Part shown: one piece after another, positions 23,118-24,211 of the stretch | How the letters are laid out: every line of letters begins with the position of its first letter | Numbering within the stretch: the first letter of the stretch is position 1 | Source: Octopus sinensis | Lineage: Eukaryota | Reading direction: 5' to 3' | Assembly: GCF_006345805.1 (NCBI RefSeq) | Contig: NW_021836458.1 | Location: forward strand, 1-24,211 | DNA length: 24,211 nucleotides | The notes under the pieces: generated by a model | Databases searched by the model: none | What the model saw: only the letters and a program-made list of their open reading frames with translations | What the model was told of the DNA's origin: nothing | Made by a program: the position numbers and the translations under genes

Positions 23118-23723
23118 CTCGGCCGAGTCTATTGTGACAATTGCTCCGCAACCTTCCCTCAACGGTGAAAGCAAAGCAGTCTTCATCGTAATGGTGGCCA
23201 TGGTGAAAGAATGTGAGTGGCGGACTCGAGCGAAAGGATTAGAGACAAACACTTACCTCTCTGGCCAATCACTCATCAACTTTTTTTAACTACCACTTGA
23301 AAAGGAAGATGAGAATGGAGAGGCAGGTTTTGTCTCGTGAAAGTTTCAAAAAGAGGTGGGTGAATGTAGCAAAGATGGTGCGTGCGAGTGACGAAACCAC
23401 TTTGAGCATGATCCTGTAAATCGAAAAAAGAGAGAGAGGGATTACTGTGCTCTCATGTGCTTATTCCCTCCCTACCTGAAGTTACCGTGGTCTTTTCCGT
23501 AGGCTTTTCTTTCCACGGATAAACCTAATCTTACTTTTTACATTTTAAAAACTCTTCTGTGATACACGGTCCCTTTTGATCGTTTTTTTCCCCGATCCCT
23601 TTGGTCGGAATTTTACATTTTTTTCTTATTTTTCTCCCTTTTTTTCTTTTCATTTCCGAAAAGAAAAGCTCTACATTTGTATTTGTCCCTTTTGTGTTCA
23701 GCCCTGTGTGGCCAATAAAGAAA
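23118..23723 (+). mobile_element. 5'-truncated Tx1-like (L1 group) LINE: ORF2 C-terminus plus 3' UTR
   Basis: Reads SAESIVTIAPQPSLNGESKAVFIVMVAMVKECEWRTRAKG..FF/NYHLKRKMRMERQVLSRESFKKRWVNVAKM..MIL* (one +1 shift in the T7 run at 23281, stop 23417-23419). The K..W..R and R..E....F..RW pattern resembles Tx1 ORF2 ends. AATAAA at 23714, then (TATC)n. Confidence 0.65.
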
Positions 23724-24072
23724 GTTATCTATCAGTCTATCTGTTTGTCTGTCTGTAAATCTATGTATCTATTAATCTAACCAGCTATCTTTCTGTCCAT
23801 GTATCTATCAACCTCTCTATTTACTCATCCATCTATCCTTCCTTCTACCTATTCTTTCATCTATCTCTCTTTCTATCCATCTATCTACCTGTGTGTCTAT
23901 TTATCCATCCATCAATCTACCTATCTATCTATAAAATGTAGCCTATATTTTACCATCTCTCACTTGTTCACACTTTCCTATCATCTTCCTGTTATTATAC
24001 CTTCTTTCATTTCTTTCTATGTCGCACATTATCTTTCATTATACCTAATCCACTTCTCTAAGCCTTCCTCTC

Positions 24073-24118
<46 letters not shown>

Positions 24119-24211
24119 TATCTTTCTCTCTCTTTATATATGTGTATATATATATATACATATATGAGTGTGTGTGTGTTTTTAGACATACACAAACATA
24201 CATACGACCGT

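Noticed and set aside
13208-24211. Search for FABP exon 4, including candidates after AG at about 18297 and 19313
   Set aside because: No candidate gave a V.C.R.Y-like peptide; it is probably downstream of the window.

Overview
AT-rich, microsatellite-saturated animal genomic DNA. The repeat families and the FABP sequence point to a coleoid cephalopod, probably Octopus (inference from recognition, not a database search). The only host gene supported is a + strand fatty-acid-binding protein (FABP/iLBP family, resembling squid ReP1-NCXSQ). Exon 2 (7718-7893) and exon 3 (13094-13207) are present; exons 1 and 4 were not found and probably lie outside the window. The rest is intronic and holds a 5'-truncated R4/Dong-like RLE LINE in (TAA)n, a second RLE LINE fragment in (ATAC)n, two Tx1-like LINE 3' ends in (TATC)n, many tRNA-derived SINEs, a (TA)n-flanked element with a hammerhead-ribozyme-like motif, and long simple repeats. 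Most of the supplied ORFs are microsatellite artefacts. The most interesting signals are: (1) several retroelement families each embedded in its own microsatellite, (2) a dimeric SINE whose internal tail matches the Tx1-like LINE 3' end, (3) a non-canonical hammerhead-like fold, and (4) an inverted repeat pair bracketing FABP exons 2-3.
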